Notes: a model not told the origin generated them from the sequence alone. A stretch of DNA of 63,106 nucleotides, filler included, from Jimgerdemannia flammicorona (GCA_003990765.1; 3 parts of 3 records of this genome joined end to end with filler, not necessarily neighbours in it); one strand, 5' to 3'; counted from the whole stretch's first letter, positions 14,691 to 29,511 are shown. A program made the numbers and translations.

Positions 14691-17600
14691 TTTTTTTTTT
14701 TTTATAGTTACTCAGACTCTGTCATTTATTACCAGTATATATATAAATTTACATAATCTCCTCCCACTACCCAATCTCCATAGGGAAACTCTCCTCTTTT
14801 ACTTCTTTATACTTGAAAATCACCCTATCCTCCACTATCCCAACTCTCTTCCCACTCTGTCTATAGATTCTCTCTACTAAATGATACTGCCAACTACTCT
14901 GCAGACCTCAACCAAGCCACCAGCCCATCAGAGTGTCCTCCATCAATCCTTCTTATTATAATAGTTATACTTCCAAGCCCAGATATCTCTTTTCTCAAAA
15001 ACAAACAACCAGTGATCTGCCAACCCCACCTATATAGCCAGTACCTAATCTAAAGTAAGCTACTCCTTTCCAACCCCTTCTACCAATCTATTTTACAAAT
15101 CCTCCCACCAACCCCTCACACTATCCCCCTGCTGTATGATATCCAAACACTTCTCAACTACTATCTAGAAGTTGCTAAGCATCTTGCACTCTTCTAGCCA
15201 ATGTTCAGACATCTGTACAAAACTCTTTTCCTGTCTAACATTGTAGCACTCCTCATAGTCAAAGTTTCTCCTTTCTATAAGATAGTCAGAGTGAAAGTTG
15301 AACATAACATTTCTCCTCAATATGCACCACTAGACTACCTAATACTTTAGTGGCAGCCACTACCTAACCTCAGTACTCTAGGCCCAGATCTCATCCAGTC
15401 TCACTCTTCTCTAATACTCATCAACTACCATCTGCTGGGCCACAGATTCTTCCCCAACCCCCTCTAGCACTCAACCCTATTACTAATATTGAAGAATGCC
15501 CCCCAGCAATACTTAGTTCCATCTCTATATTGCTGGGCCCTCAGACATCTCTCCTTCATCTCTCTGCCAATAAATGCCAATATAGTATACCCTATCTGCA
15601 ACTCTCTATCAAAAGCCCTTAAACTGTATATGCTCATTGTTCTAAAGCCCAACCAAGGACAGTAGATCTTCTATAGAGTCTCTCAGTAAGGACCTCATCT
15701 CCAAGACCTTCTTTATTAGGAGAACCCAGCTACCACTCCTCAGCTCTATAGCTCTCTTCAGTTATCATGCTCTCAGAGAGTGTAATCTCTTTGAAAAGTC
15801 AACCAGTCTGAGTCCCCCTCTAGTCACTGATAAAGACAAGATTTCTCAGCTAATCTGACTCCTCCTCCTGACCCAAATCCACCCCTTGGCCAGTTTCAGC
15901 AATCTCTTTACCACCTAGATCAGGAAGTCTAGATGATATATCAAATACTATAACTTTAGTAGCCAGTAAATATTCAAGATAGAAACACACCCTGCCAGAG
16001 ACAAGTAGCAGCCTCTCTAACTCTGCAGGGCCTCCCCCTAGATAACAATCTACTGCTCCTACCAGAGTCTTGGTATAACTGATCCATATATTGAGAGATA
16101 GATGTCTAAGTACCTCACTACCTCTCCAGTAGAGAGAATTGTTCTGATGATATTCCCCCTCACCAGACCATTACTCAGCACCATTGTTTTATACTTGTAT
16201 CAATTGAGTTTAGCCCCAGAGTATACTTCATACCACTCTATAGTTCTTCAACATCAGTGATCAAACTCAGGCTAACTACTATATCATCTGCAAAAGTACC
16301 AACCTTTCACCCAATGCAAAATACCAAAAGCCCTTCTATCTTTCATTGAATTTTATCTATTAAAGGCTCCAAGAAGAGTATATATAGAATGGGGGACAGC
16401 AGGTCTCCTTGGAGAACATCTCTATCCAGAGAGAAGACCACCCCTCAATATCTATTATATATGAGCACAGCTCTGCTCCCTTCCAGTAGGCTGACTATTG
16501 CCACTCAGAACTGTTGAGAGATATCAATCTAATCTAGTACCTTTGCCATCCAGACCTACTGAACACAGTCATATATCATTTCCTGATCTAAGAAGACCAG
16601 ACACCCATCTAGTCTACAGGCTCATATCCCTTCAATAATACTATATACCTAAGCCATGTCATCCTGAATGAGCTGGCCTCTGATAAAGCCCTACTACTCC
16701 TCTTCCAAGACCTGTTGGGCCACCTTCTGCAGTCTCACTACCACCACTTTAGTAACCAACTTTCTGTCTATGTCCAGTAGTATAATTGGCCTCCAGTTCT
16801 TCCAGTTCTCTCTCCTGCCCTCATTCTTATACAACAGTACTACCAGTTCCAGATTCTGCTCACCTATCTATCTCCTAGACTGTAGTACCAAGTTACAGAG
16901 TGCCCTCAGCTCTCCCAGTATAACAGAGATACTTCTTCTTCCAGAAATCCTAGGGCAGACCATCCTCTCCTAGTGCTGTACCCAGCATAGTTATGGCAAG
17001 AATCTAGCAGATCTCCTCCTCCTGTACCAGCAACATCAGGTTGCTCAGTCCTTCTACCTGAGGTGGGTGCCAATCCTCTAAGACATGATCAATGGTGACA
17101 GCATCAGCCCCACCCTCCTCCTCACTCTATAAACTACTCCACCTCTCCTTCAATGACCTAAGAATGTCTTGTATACCATATATCAATAGCCCCTCAGAAT
17201 TAAGAACCCCCTCCCACCTCTGCTGAACTCTCCTTACCTAAAGGACTCTTGTGAGAAACTTAGAGGGCCTCTCTTCTTTCTCCAGCCCCTACCAATGTAG
17301 TCATACTACCAAACTCTGTACCTGTACTTTCTCCTCCTCTTGCAATATCTGTTACAACTCAATAATCTCCTTTTTTACCTATAATAATCTCCAATCTTCC
17401 ACCAACAAACTGACCCAATCTTCTAAAAGCCTTATCAGTCTAGCAGAAGCCCACAACATCCTCTCCCTCCTCTGTCTACCAGCCACCTTATTGGCCTCCC
17501 TCCAATAGACTCTAGCAACCTCTTTTAGTCTCATCTACTGAACTCCAACAGAGGTACCTTCTTGTATCCACCCCTCCATCCTTTGCTGAATATTCTCAGC

Positions 17601-20520
17601 CTACTTGTCTCATAGTATCTTATTGTCTAATAAAGAGGAATTGAGGTGCCAATGTCTCAGTCCATCCCCACTCTCCCCAAAATGGCCCTATCCCAGCCAT
17701 CCCCAATAATCAGACCACAGATACCATTCAGCCTCCAGTGATCTTCAAATATCCAGGCCTCAGCAGTCTGCTATTAAAATCCAGTTAATTCTTATCTCCA
17801 AGCCACTCACCCAATACATATACATCCTTCTGTTACCCCAGAACTCCCTTCCAGTATCCATCAAAGTACTCAGCTACTCTACTTCCTCCTATGCCTCCAA
17901 ACCTCCACTCCTACCCTCTGCCCCCTGCCCTCTATCAGTTCTATCTATCAGCACATCTCTGATCATATTAAAGTCCCTGCCAAGTATGTCCACTCCAGCC
18001 TCCACCAGGGCCCCTCTCTTCTGGAGACTCTTCACCAACTTTATATACTTACTCTTCACAGCAGAGCAGTAGCAGGATTCCACTATAACTGGCTCCCAAC
18101 CTGTATGAATCTACTCTCCCCAAACTAGTCTGTCTCCTCAGTTCTATACATTCCATACCTCCCCTCTACCCCTTCAGACCAGAATCCCAATCTTGCTCTT
18201 CCAAACTACCTCTCCTCTCCAATTCTTTATCTATTCTAGTTTATTCAAATCATTCTTGCATCTGATATCCTGTAAAAGAAAAAGATCAGCCTTCAATCTC
18301 TTTAGCTAAACAAAAATGTTCCATTATTGAAATGAACCCTGTAGCCCATTCACATTCAAAGAAAAAAATGTTGGTTATACTATTCATAATAAATAATGTG
18401 AAATAATAAGTATATCCTCTACTACTCTATATTCATCTCCTTCTGAGCTAAATCCAGATCATATTTAGCAGCCACTACCTTCTCTTCAATCCTCTTAGCC
18501 TCCAATTCAATCAGAAGTTCTACAAGCTCCCCATCCTCCTTCTCCTCAAAATCCTCATGATATTTCAGACAGGCCTCCTGCTAAAGCTACAACCCATATC
18601 ACTCTGTCCAACAGATAGCAGCCCACTCACCAGCAGCAATCACCAGCTCAGCCTCCCTCTTTTTATCAACCTCATACCCTTTCTTCTCTAGGAAAACTAC
18701 AAGAATCTCCACCTTCAGTACCTCCACCACTCCCTCACTATACAGAATATGTACCCAATACTCTTTACTCATCACTTGCAGATTCACCTCCCCCAACTCC
18801 TCTACTGCAAAGTTATTCATCATCTTGTATATTCATAGAAGATTTCTCATCTTCTTCTTCCTGGAAGTCACTGGCCTCTATCTATCCAGCATCAAGATAT
18901 CAGCCCCTATACTCATAGTCTTATCCCACTCCTCCTCTTGGATATCTACCAGTTCATCCTCACCAGCTACTACTACCTACCCTCTCTTCACTATCTCAGA
19001 AACTTCAAAATATACTTACTGGGCTCTCTATATAGGCACATCCTCCACCACCCTGCCCCTTGAAGCTGGATTTTATCTAATAAGAGGTATAGGGGTTAGA
19101 GAGTCTTCCTAGACCTCAAAAGTACTATCTATATAAGAGTTATACCTAGTCATCTCCTTGTCTACTTCTGGTCTCTTCTCTGCCTTCTCTCTATCATCAC
19201 TAGCCCAGACACTCTCCTTGACTCCCCTCATGATTTCAATACCACTAGTATCTTTCTTCACTCTGTTCTTTAGATTTACCAATAGCTCTCTCTACCTCTT
19301 ACATTCTTGGAACCTTTTCCACAGCCCCTTATCTATATAAATCCTCTTCCCATCCACTACTTTCAAATACATTGACTTGATATATACCTTCTAAGCCTTC
19401 ACCCTCTGCTCTACAGCACTACTTAGCTCCTCCAATATCTCTAACAAATTCTCTTCTTCCTCTTCACTCCCCTTCACTCTTATCATCTTGTATAAGAAAG
19501 CCCCCCAAACTATCACTGAAGACCAGTTTCTAGTCTTTCTGGTAGCTTTCTTTCCTGCCAACTAAATTCTAACATCAACATCTCCAGTCCTGAACAAGGT
19601 CCCCTCCCAGACCTAGAACCCAATATCAACCACCTCCCTATACTTAGTCATGACTTCCTTGACTCTCCTCCTTATCTCTACAGTAGTCACCATGAGTACT
19701 TCTTTCACTAGTAACTGTACCACCCTGGGGTCTCACCTCAAGCAGCATGCCATTGGAATACACATCTCTCCAATAGTTAGTCCAGTCTTCAGCACTTCCT
19801 CCAACAGCCCAGCCTCCTCAAAGCCAATCTCTACTTCTTTCAATCTCTTTAGAAATTTTATAGATATAGCTCCAGCCATCTGCTTAGCAATCAGCCCCAG
19901 CACTATTCTCACTATTACTACTAAGCCCCTGAAGTATAAAGTAACTGTGAACTCTGAGATTGACTTCTTGAGTAATGAGGTTACTACCAGGTCCATCACA
20001 CCATCTGCCAGATCTCTCATTCATCCAAGTCCCATCCTCTCAGCTCCACCATCAGCAGTCACATCTGAATTTTTTTCCAGATTGGTAGTCTTATTGCTAT
20101 CAGCCATCACACTTGCTCCAGTTACTATACTCCCAACTCTACTACTTCTACTATTAAGAGCCACTCTCTTATACCCTATCATCTTCACTATCTCCTTACT
20201 CTTCCTCAGCCAGCCCTTTAGCCCAGATGCCAGCTACTCTTCTTTTACAATATCCACAAAACTTACCCTCTCTATTCTATGCCCTCTGATCCTACTTTCT
20301 CTCTATCTATATCCTCCTATCAGTAGACCCCTCATAATTCCTCCCAAGCCAGAGCCCCTCTCTACATATTGCCAGTCAAATGTGCTAGAGCCACCCTGCC
20401 TAGTATATACCTCAGAATATATATTGGTTACTATATTACTAGATTCTTCTCTCCAAAAACTGTTTTGTAAGTATTGCCAAAAGGTTGTATAATCTGAATG
20501 TTATCTAACTCTAGTGATTG
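14691..20520 (-). mobile_element. Full-length but decayed L1/Tx1-like LINE (copy A)
   Basis: T-run at 14691-14703 is the poly-A tail, with AATAAA upstream on the minus strand. Degenerate 13-bp TSD GTGAGCATTCTTG (14678-14690) / ATAAGCATTCTTA (20521-20533). ORF1 remnant LLKKSISEFTVTLYFRG, APE endonuclease DFN and RT motifs NWRPI, QGDLLSP and FADD. Colinear with 36.6-42.0 kb. Confidence 0.9.
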
Positions 20521-20972
20521 ATAAGCATTCTTACTTATTTTATTCTATTATACTTATTTGCTAAGTTATATATATCTAGGTATAGCTTTATAGTCTGAAG
20601 ATATTCTTTGATTAATACTATTGTCAGATTATAGTTATTTAGATTATTTTTCAAAAAATAAAAATGTAAAATATAATATAAATAGATAGATAATGAATAG
20701 ATAGATGATTTTTTAACTGTCAAGCAAATGGTCTACATTGAGGACTAAATTTGTCTCATTTAATTAGATATATTAATAAAATCCTATATTAAAGTTAAGT
20801 AAGGAAATTTTGAACTTCTCTTGTATTCTTTAACTATTTTATATATTTTTTCTCTATATTTGTATTCAACTACTACCTTTCTATATATTTTTATCATCTG
20901 TACTATATATAGTTTGTCATCTATATTTCACCCTCCTACTTATTTCACCATCTCTTTTTTTTTTTTTTTTTT

Positions 20973-21072
20973 NNNNNNNNNNNNNNNNNNNNNNNNNNNN
21001 NNNNNNNNNNNNNNNNTTAATTAATTAANNNNNNNNNNNNNNNNNNNNNNNNNNNNNNNNNNNNNNNNNNNN
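20973..21072. other. Assembly spacer: N-run containing TTAATTAATTAA (21017-21028)
   Basis: 100-bp N block with a six-frame-stop linker. Confidence 0.97.
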
Positions 21073-21074
21073 AA

Positions 21075-21136
<62 letters not shown>

Positions 21137-22504
21137 TATATAAAAATAAAGTAATTATTTCACAAAATAATATAATCTATCTTATATGCTGGATATGGTA
21201 TTGGTGAGCAGAAAAGGGGTATATTATCTTTATTTTTATCAGATTCACTATCAGTATATCTTTAATAGATTATAGTACTATATATTATAGAGTTATAGAA
21301 AGCTAGTAGTTATTCTTTATATTACTTATATATATTTGAGAGGTAGAGTTGATAGTTCTATCTTGAGAGTTGTCAGGAGATATAGATTGTATTTCCCTAT
21401 TTTTTCATTATAGTTAAAGTAGTTAGATATAAATATAGATTAGTACTTAGACTAATAATTATTATTTTAATAGGTCTTATACATAGACAGTTATAAACTA
21501 TTATAAGTCTATTGATAAGATTGATAGAGTGATTAGAGTTGACAGAGATCCTTAACTGGAGGTTATCTCAGTATTAAATGGATTATTATTTTCTGTTTTA
21601 TTATTAATAAATTGAATCATATTTAAAATATTCTATCAAACTTCTATAAAATAAAAAAGTACTAGACTATAGATATTTATGAGAGATAACACTATAGCCA
21701 GATTGATAATGGTATTTCAAATATCAGTATAGATATAGTTGTAGATTTCAGTAGTTATGACTGAGTATATATAATTATTATTTGATTTATTATAGTTCTC
21801 TGTTTTGATATATTATATATCTGGTATATATACATTTGATCTTAATTAATAAGATTCTATTTTCATATATCTTGTATTCTATAACTTTGAGTTGACTCAG
21901 CTTTGTAATCTATAACTTCAGTTTGACTTGGCTTTATGATCTTATATGTAATTTCTGGATTTGTTCTGAAAGTAATATGTAGTTTTGGTAGCTTAGAGAT
22001 TATGTACTTACAACTCTCTCCTTTTTAGTTTTTGATGTCTTTCTTAAGTTTTCTAATTTGGTCTAGTATTGTTACACTAATTAGATAATCAAAAGTTCAA
22101 TAATATTCTTTTTTCTCAAAAAGTAGCATACTTATAGTATAGTTGTTTAATATGTTAAATTTATATATTAAAGAGTCATATATTTGATACTATATACCAG
22201 AAGTGATTCTGACATTATTTACTACTAGAGAATTCCTCTAAGGAATCTTCTTAAATGTTTATACCTTATTTTCTATCAGTAATATAAAGAGAATAGACTG
22301 ACTTTCAGTTTAGCTATTTTTCTAGAGAGTCAGTATTTCTTTTGTTTTAGTTTGCTAAGGGTGTAGCTGAGTTTTTTAATTTATTCATAATAATTATAAG
22401 AGTGTTTAACAGTATTTAGGAGAGATAATATATATAGTATAGTAATAGTTAGTATTTAGAGTATTTTAACTAGAATCATATTCTTGAACTATATAAGTCA
22501 GCAG

Positions 22505-22630
22505 GTTCTGGAGATTTATTCTAAGTTTCTATATAGTATTATAGATCAGATAACCTTTCTATTTAACAAGGTATTCTGGGTGGTTCTTGTGGCTATATTT
22601 GTTGAGAATTTATTCAACTTTATATTTCTC
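22505..22630 (-). pseudogene. Chromodomain remnant at the integrase C-terminus
   Basis: Translates EKYKVE*ILNKYSHKNHPEYLVK*KGYLIYNTI*KLRINL. Reversing G>A and C>T changes gives the chromo consensus YEVEQILD...YLVKWKGY...TWEP..NL. Confidence 0.8.
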
Positions 22631-25600
22631 ATAGTCATTTTTGTAGTTTGATTTGGAAATAGTTTATTATTATTTTCATTATATTATTTGAGATATTGAA
22701 TATTGAAAACTAGATGAATCTTAATAGTATCTGGTAGAGCTAGTTTGTAGGATATTAGAGAAACTTATTCAATAACTTCAAATGATCTAATAAACTTATT
22801 GTTTAGCTTTGTAGAAGGTCTATACTTGAGGTTATCAACTTGGTATTCTCAGATATCTAGTAGAACTTTTTTACTGATATCAAAAGTTTCTTCTTAGCAA
22901 TGCTGATTGATATACTATAATTATTAATTTTGAGCTTAAGATAGGTTCTTGATTATAATTTATATAACTCAAGTTATATATTTGAGATAGAAAATCTTCA
23001 ATAGCTTCAATAGTAGAGAGTTTATCTGTAGCTTTGATAAGAGTCAGAAGAGTGTTCAGGTTTTGTCCTATATTGATAAAGAATGGAGTTATTTCAAGGA
23101 AAGCTTATTTACTATTGTTATAGGCAAACTCAACTATAGTAAGATATTTATGCCAATTATCTTACCTATGAGAAATATAGTTTCTTAGTATTTGCTCTAG
23201 AGTTTGATTTATTTTTTCAATTTAGTCATTAGTTTCAGAATAAAAGGCTATAGATAGTACTAGTTTAATTTCAATATAAGTGAAGAGCTTTCTAAAAATA
23301 GCTAATGAATTTTATATTTCAGTTACTAATAATGATCTTAGAAAGGCTATAATAGTAGAAGATATTATCAAATAAGAGTATAGCAATTTTAGATACTATT
23401 GTAGTTATAGCAGTAGATATAAAGTGAGCTTATTTACTAAGATAATCTATAAAGACAATAATTATATTATTTCCATTCTTGGTTTAGGATAGTTGTATAA
23501 TGAAATTTATAGAGATTTGTTTCTAATTGATAGAGGGTACTAGAATAGAATAGAGTAGTTTAGATTTTACTAGAGTTGAGAACTTGTTGTATTAGTAGGT
23601 ATTATAAGAAGTGATATAGGTCTTCAGCTAGTCTGCTATATAGGACCAATAGAAGTTTTGAGAGATAACTTTATAGTATTTATCAAATCCTAGATATCTG
23701 AATATAGGATATCATAATATTCAAACAAGATAGTTTTTCAGAGATCTCAATTATTAGAAATATATAGTCTGTTCTTATAATAGATAATATTATCCTTTAA
23801 CTAGTATTGATAATACTGAGAGTACTTATTGATATTATTAATGTTCAGGATTTCTTAAAGTACTTGAGCTTCTTTATCATTAGTATGTATATGCTGTAAT
23901 AATTTATTCTATAATAGAATTAGTAACTAAGGTAAGAGTTTATATAACTTCTTTAATTAGTAGTCTAGAGATTATATAAGTGATAATATTTTTCTTACTA
24001 GAGTAGTATTGATTTCATAGTCAAAATTAGTAAGAACTTTTATCTATCTAGCTTACTTTTAGAAAAGGATAGCCTGAGTCTTAATATTGATTAATAATTT
24101 GTAATCTATCAATATAGTGAAGTATACTCTTTTAAAATATAGATGTCATTTGATCAGAGTATCAATAATAGCTAGTATTTCCTTCTTAAAAGTAGTATAG
24201 TTAATTTCAGTATTATTAGACTTACAAGAATAGTAAGCCACTGAGTATTTTTCTTATATAAGTACTGCTCTAAGAGCTAGATCAGAGGCATTAGTAGTAA
24301 CTTTATATAGTAGAGCAAGATTTACTACTTAAAGTACTGAAGTTGTTATCAGGATATCTTTTAAGACTTGAAAGGTTGTATCTTATTCAGGTCTCTAATT
24401 AATAAGATTGTTGAAGTCTTTTTCTTGCTTTGTAGTTCAGGGGTATTCTTCTTTTTTTACTATACTTAGTTAGTTGGGTGAGGGCAGTAGCAATCTTAGT
24501 AAAGTTTATAATAAATTATCTATAATAGTTTGCTAATTCTAGGAATAACTGAAGATCTTTTAGCTTTTTAGATCTGGGCCATTTTTTGATTATAGAGATT
24601 TTGCTGAGATCTACTTTGATTCTATTAGAAGTGATAATATATCTAAGAAATTGAATTTCCTTTATATTTACTGAGCTTCATATAGAGTTGATTTTCTCAG
24701 AGTTTCAGTAGTACTAGTTCAAGATATTTAAGATATTCCTCCAGAGTTTTGCTGAAGACTGGAATGTCATCAATATAGATAATAATAAATTTGTCTAAAT
24801 ATAAGTATAGGATAGTATTTATCAGAGTCTGGAAGATTACAGAAGTATTAGTTAAGCCAAAAAATATAACTAAGAACTCAAAATGTCTATAGCAAGTTCA
24901 GAAAGCAGTTTTGTAGATATCTTTTTCTTTTATGATAATTTGTCAATAATTATTTCATAGGTTAAAAGAGCTCATGAATTGTAGATTGGTAAGCCTATTA
25001 AAGATTTTATCAATTTAGAATAGTGGGCAACAGTTCTTAATAGTCTGTTCATTGAGATCTTGATAATTAATATATATTCAGAGGTCTCTTTCTTTCTTAA
25101 TAGTAAAGAGGACTAGTATACTATATAGTAAGAGTTCATCAATCTCTTTCTTAAGTATGTTGATTTCTCTAAAAGATATATAATAGATTGATTTGAAGAT
25201 TGGCTTGACATCTGATATAGTTTTGATTATATAGTCAACTACTTATTTAGATAGTAGACCTTTAGGAAGTTTCTTTGAAAATATATCTCAAAATTTCTAG
25301 ATTAGAGATCTGATATAACTATCTACTTTAGAAAAGTCTTCTTTGAGATTCTTGGGTTTTTCTTTGAATAGATATACAGAGATAGTAAACAGAGAGTATT
25401 TCTTTACTAATTTCTTAAGTTGAAGTTTATTAATATAGGTAATATTTGGATCAGAGTCATTAGAATTGAGTGGGTCTCTTTTATATTATAGTTTGAAATT
25501 ATAGCATTCTTTCTTAATGGTCAAAGAATGGTTCACCCAATCTATCATAGGGTTTTCTTATTATAACTATAGTATTCTAAGGATGATCTCATTATCTGAG

Positions 25601-25845
25601 AGTGGTACAATTTGAAGGATAATATGTACTCAGTAGTCACTAATTCTAAAGAGTAGATTGCAGACTTTCTTGCTAATGATATATGAGATTTTATTTATAG
25701 TAGTAACTACTTGAGTTTGTTATACCAGAGAGGTTAGGACTTTAAGTCTGTTGACTGTTTCCTTATTAACAAAATTACCAGAGATATTATGGTCTATTAT
25801 GATTTTAACAGAGGCTTAATTAATAAAAGCTTATAGGATAAGTAG

Positions 25846-26316
25846 TGTAATGTAGTGGATGCTTATGTACTCTTGAAAGTACATTGGATTTCTGTATCTT
25901 GAAGACTTGACTGTTCTGACTCTCGCAAAGTCTCTTAAAGTTGCAGGGGAGGGTGGGTGAGTTCGAAGTGTATCTGACTGCAGGCTTACTAGTTCCTTTG
26001 CTATCTCTTTGCTTTGAACTATTTCGATCTGAGGTTTATTCACTCGAAGATACTGGGTTATTTATACAAGTTTGCTAGCTATGAGATGGTTACTGGGCTA
26101 TGTGGCTAAGTTATGAGTCATTTAACACTTTGCAAAATGTTTCGCTAGTTGCGAAATGCTATACTATATTGGGAAGCTTGATCTTGCACTTTGTGAAATA
26201 TTTAGCAAGTTGCAAAATCGAGGACTGTTAACTATATAGCTATACTACTTTGGGACTGGATGCGATCAAGTGTCTATTCCCTATTTCCTTCTTCTGAATC
26301 TGGCTATACCATCACA
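25846..26316 (-). repeat. 3' LTR of the dUTPase Gypsy element (471 bp)
   Basis: Direct repeat of 32086-32552 with TGTAA...ACA termini. Confidence 0.95.
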
Positions 26317-26815
26317 ACTTCCTCCTGAATAGATGATCTCACCCCTAAAGCATCTATTCAAACTCCCAAGCTTCAATGGTCTATATGGTCTTGTATTGCA
26401 TGATTTGTTGCATCACTGTCTCCTAATAGTGTCACCTGACTCAGTCAAAGTCTGAGGGAGTCACTTCTCACAGGTGAGCTAGTGCTGATTCATTCTCTCA
26501 GAATAGCTTATGGATTCTCTTGGCAATGGTAATCTGGGAATAGGAGAGCTGGCATTCTGCGATCCAATTTTCTTTGGTCATTTCTGGGTCTTGGTTGAGT
26601 ACTTGGCTGAGTTTGAAGTACTCTTGGAATTCATTTCAATGCTAATAGGCCTTGAAGTGTGAGATCTGAGAGAGATGAGTCTGTACGATGCTTTGGATAC
26701 TGTCATAAGACTCCTCTATGGTCAGAGGCTCAGTGGTGCACCATTGTCTCTCGATGGCTCTTTGGGTAGCACTAGTGATCTTGAGTGCCATCACAGTACT
26801 TTTGTTACTAGCCAT
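26312..26815 (-). pseudogene. Additional 168-codon reading frame (167 aa plus stop) between integrase and the 3' LTR, product unknown
   Basis: From ATG at 26815: MASNKSTVMALK...EYFKLSQVL...IAKRIHKLF*ENESALAHL*EVTPSDFD*V...FRRKL*. All internal stops are TGA or TAG and revert to CGA, CAG or TGG with one transition. Confidence 0.6.
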
Positions 26816-29511
26816 GATATTTCTTGAGTCGGTTTCAATGAATAGTAGTGGGGATTATTGTGCCTGAGGGTTTTCGTAGCCAAAAGGTGATTCCTTTTAT
26901 ATCTTGCACAAGGTAAGGTCCTTCCCACTTGGGCTCCAGTTTTCATGACCATGAAGCTTCAACCATATTCCGATACACCAGGACTTTGTCTCCTATCTTG
27001 ATAATCTCCAAGAGTTTGTGGGTCTTTTCTGCATTCCTCCATTGTAGTGTCTGCACCTTTGTTATGTAATCCTCAGCCTTCTTCTTAATTTGGTGTAGTC
27101 TCTGTATTTCCATGTCCACATGTTTCCATACAGCATCTCCATTGGATGACAAGATTCCCTGAGAATATTCTTCTCCGAACAGCATTTCTCAAGGGGTAAA
27201 GTGGGTACTTTGTGATCAGATATCTCAGAGAGCAGATAATGCTATTGGTAGATAGTGATCCCAGTTCTCATAGTTATCACAGATCTTGGTAATAATGTTC
27301 TTGAGGGTTTTGTTGGTCCTTTCTACTTGTCCATTTCCTTGAGGGTGATATGCTGTAGTCTGAATATGCTGGATCTTGTACTTCTTGTAGAGAACTTCGA
27401 AGAACTGATTCATGAATTCTGTTCCTCTATCTGTAGTTACTTGTGTTGGGGTCTTGAACTGGCAGATGATTTCCTTGTGGAAGAAATCAGCAATTGACTA
27501 TGCATTGGCTTCCATAAGGAGTCCTGCTTCTATCCATTTTGTAAAGAGGTCTACAATGATGATGATGTATCGGTTGTCAGTCAAAGTCAAGGGTAGAGGG
27601 CCAATTACATCCATTGCAATGTGGGTGAATGGTACTGATTCTATGTGTGCTGATCCTGAGACTTGATTTCGTTGATCTTGTTTCTGTTTTTGGCATTTGT
27701 CGCAGGCCTTGACAAATTGCCTAATATCTTTCTCCATCCCTGGCCACCATATTGTTCTTCTTACCTTGTCGTATATATTCATTCCTCCTAGATGGCCAAG
27801 TTCATGTACTGATTTCATTGCTTGCTCCTTCTTGTGTTCTGGTATGACTAGTAGTTTTTCTTTCTTCAGTGTTTCTCCATCAGTTTCAAATTGTTTCCAT
27901 ATTCTGTTGATAATCGTTTGTGTCCATTCTTCCAGATGTTGGGGCATCTTTTGCTGTCTCAGATATGTGATAATTCCATAGTAGAGCTCCTTATTCATAG
28001 TGATTTTGTGGGGGTGGGGTCCTTTGGGGTGTCCATGAGAGGGCATCTGCATTAGCATTGGTTCTTCCAGAGTGATGTGCAATGGTTACATCATAAGCTT
28101 GCAACTTCATTATCTATCTGGCATAGATTCCTTTGGGTTGTCCAGTTGTCAGTAGTCAGGTAAGAGCTGAGTGGTCCGTTTGGATGGTGAAGTGTCTTCC
28201 AGCCAAGTAGTAGTGGAACTTTTCTATGGCCCAGATGACTGCGGGGCATTCCAACTTGTAGGATTCATATTCTTTTTCAGCTCCTCGGGTTCCACGGCTG
28301 AGGTATGTGATGACATACTCTACTTTATCTTTCTTCTGAGCTAGGACTGCTCCTAGTCCTTATATGCTTGCATCAGTCTGTAGGATGAACTCTTGAGTCC
28401 AGTCAGGTCTTCTGAGGATGGGTGCCTGGGTCAGTCTGACCTTGAGTTCATCAAATGCTTTTTGTTATTTGCTGGTCCACTGGAACTTAGTATCCTTCTT
28501 GTTAAGTTCATAGATTGGTCCTGCAATATTAGAAAATCCTCTAATAAATCTGCGATAATAGGAGGTGAGTCCCATGAAGGCTTGGGCTTCTGTAACAGTA
28601 GTGGGTCTTGGATATGCTGCCACTGCTTGTATCTTGAGGGGGTCCATGTGTGTTCCATCTCAATTGATAATATGGCCAAGGTAGGAGATCTCGATTTCTG
28701 TGAACTTGCACTTCTTGGGTTTGATGTAAAGGCCATGTTGTCTTAGTCTCTCCATTATCTGCTGTGTGTGCTGCAGATATTCCTCAGGTGTCTTGCTGTA
28801 GATGATTACATCATCAATGTAGACCATCATCCATCTTCCCATATCATAGTAGAAGATTTTGTTCATCATTCGCTGGAAGCTTGCTGGTACATTGCACATT
28901 CCAAATGGCATTCATAGGTAGACATAGGTTCCGTCTAGAGTGATGAAAGCTGACTTTTCACTTGCCATGTCTGTGAGTCTGATTTGGTGGAATTCTGAGT
29001 ATAAGTCCAAGGTGCTGTAGTACTGTGCTTCATCTCCCAGTATTATGAGGATGTCATTGATGAGGGGCAGTGGTTGGTGATCCTTCTTGGTAACTATGTT
29101 GAGGTTTCTGTAGTCGACGCAGAGTCTTGGGGCAAATTCTCCAGGCTTGCTATCTTTTTTTGGGACCAACACAATAGGTGAGGACCAAGGGCTACTTGCT
29201 TCTTTAATGATACCGGCTTCTTCCATCTGCTTGATTTCTTCTCTGAGCCATTCTCGGTAGGCTGGCAGGACAGGTCTTGCCTTCTGATAAATTGGTTCAG
29301 TGTCTCCAGTATCTACTTCATGATAGTAGTGTGGGGTCTTTCCTTTGATATCCTTGAAATCTGTAGCAAAGACATCTTCGAATTCGTGGAGTATTTTCTT
29401 GAGTTCTTTCTTGAGTGGAAATTCGTTTCCAATGGTATAGCTGTGCTTGCTTGTGTTTTCCTCCTTCTTATGCTCGAGTTCGGTGATCTTGGTACTGGTG
29501 AATACTCCTCT

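Noticed and set aside
19650..20492. 280-aa hydrophobic Ser/Leu/Thr-rich plus-strand ORF
   Set aside because: It is the antisense shadow of the purine-rich LINE ORF1.
21017..21028. TTAATTAATTAA palindrome (also at 42089-42100)
   Set aside because: Artificial six-frame-stop linker embedded in Ns, not biological.
21073..21132. About 60-nt poly-A at the start of contig 2
   Set aside because: It could be a LINE tail, but it abuts the gap, so its origin and length cannot be assessed.
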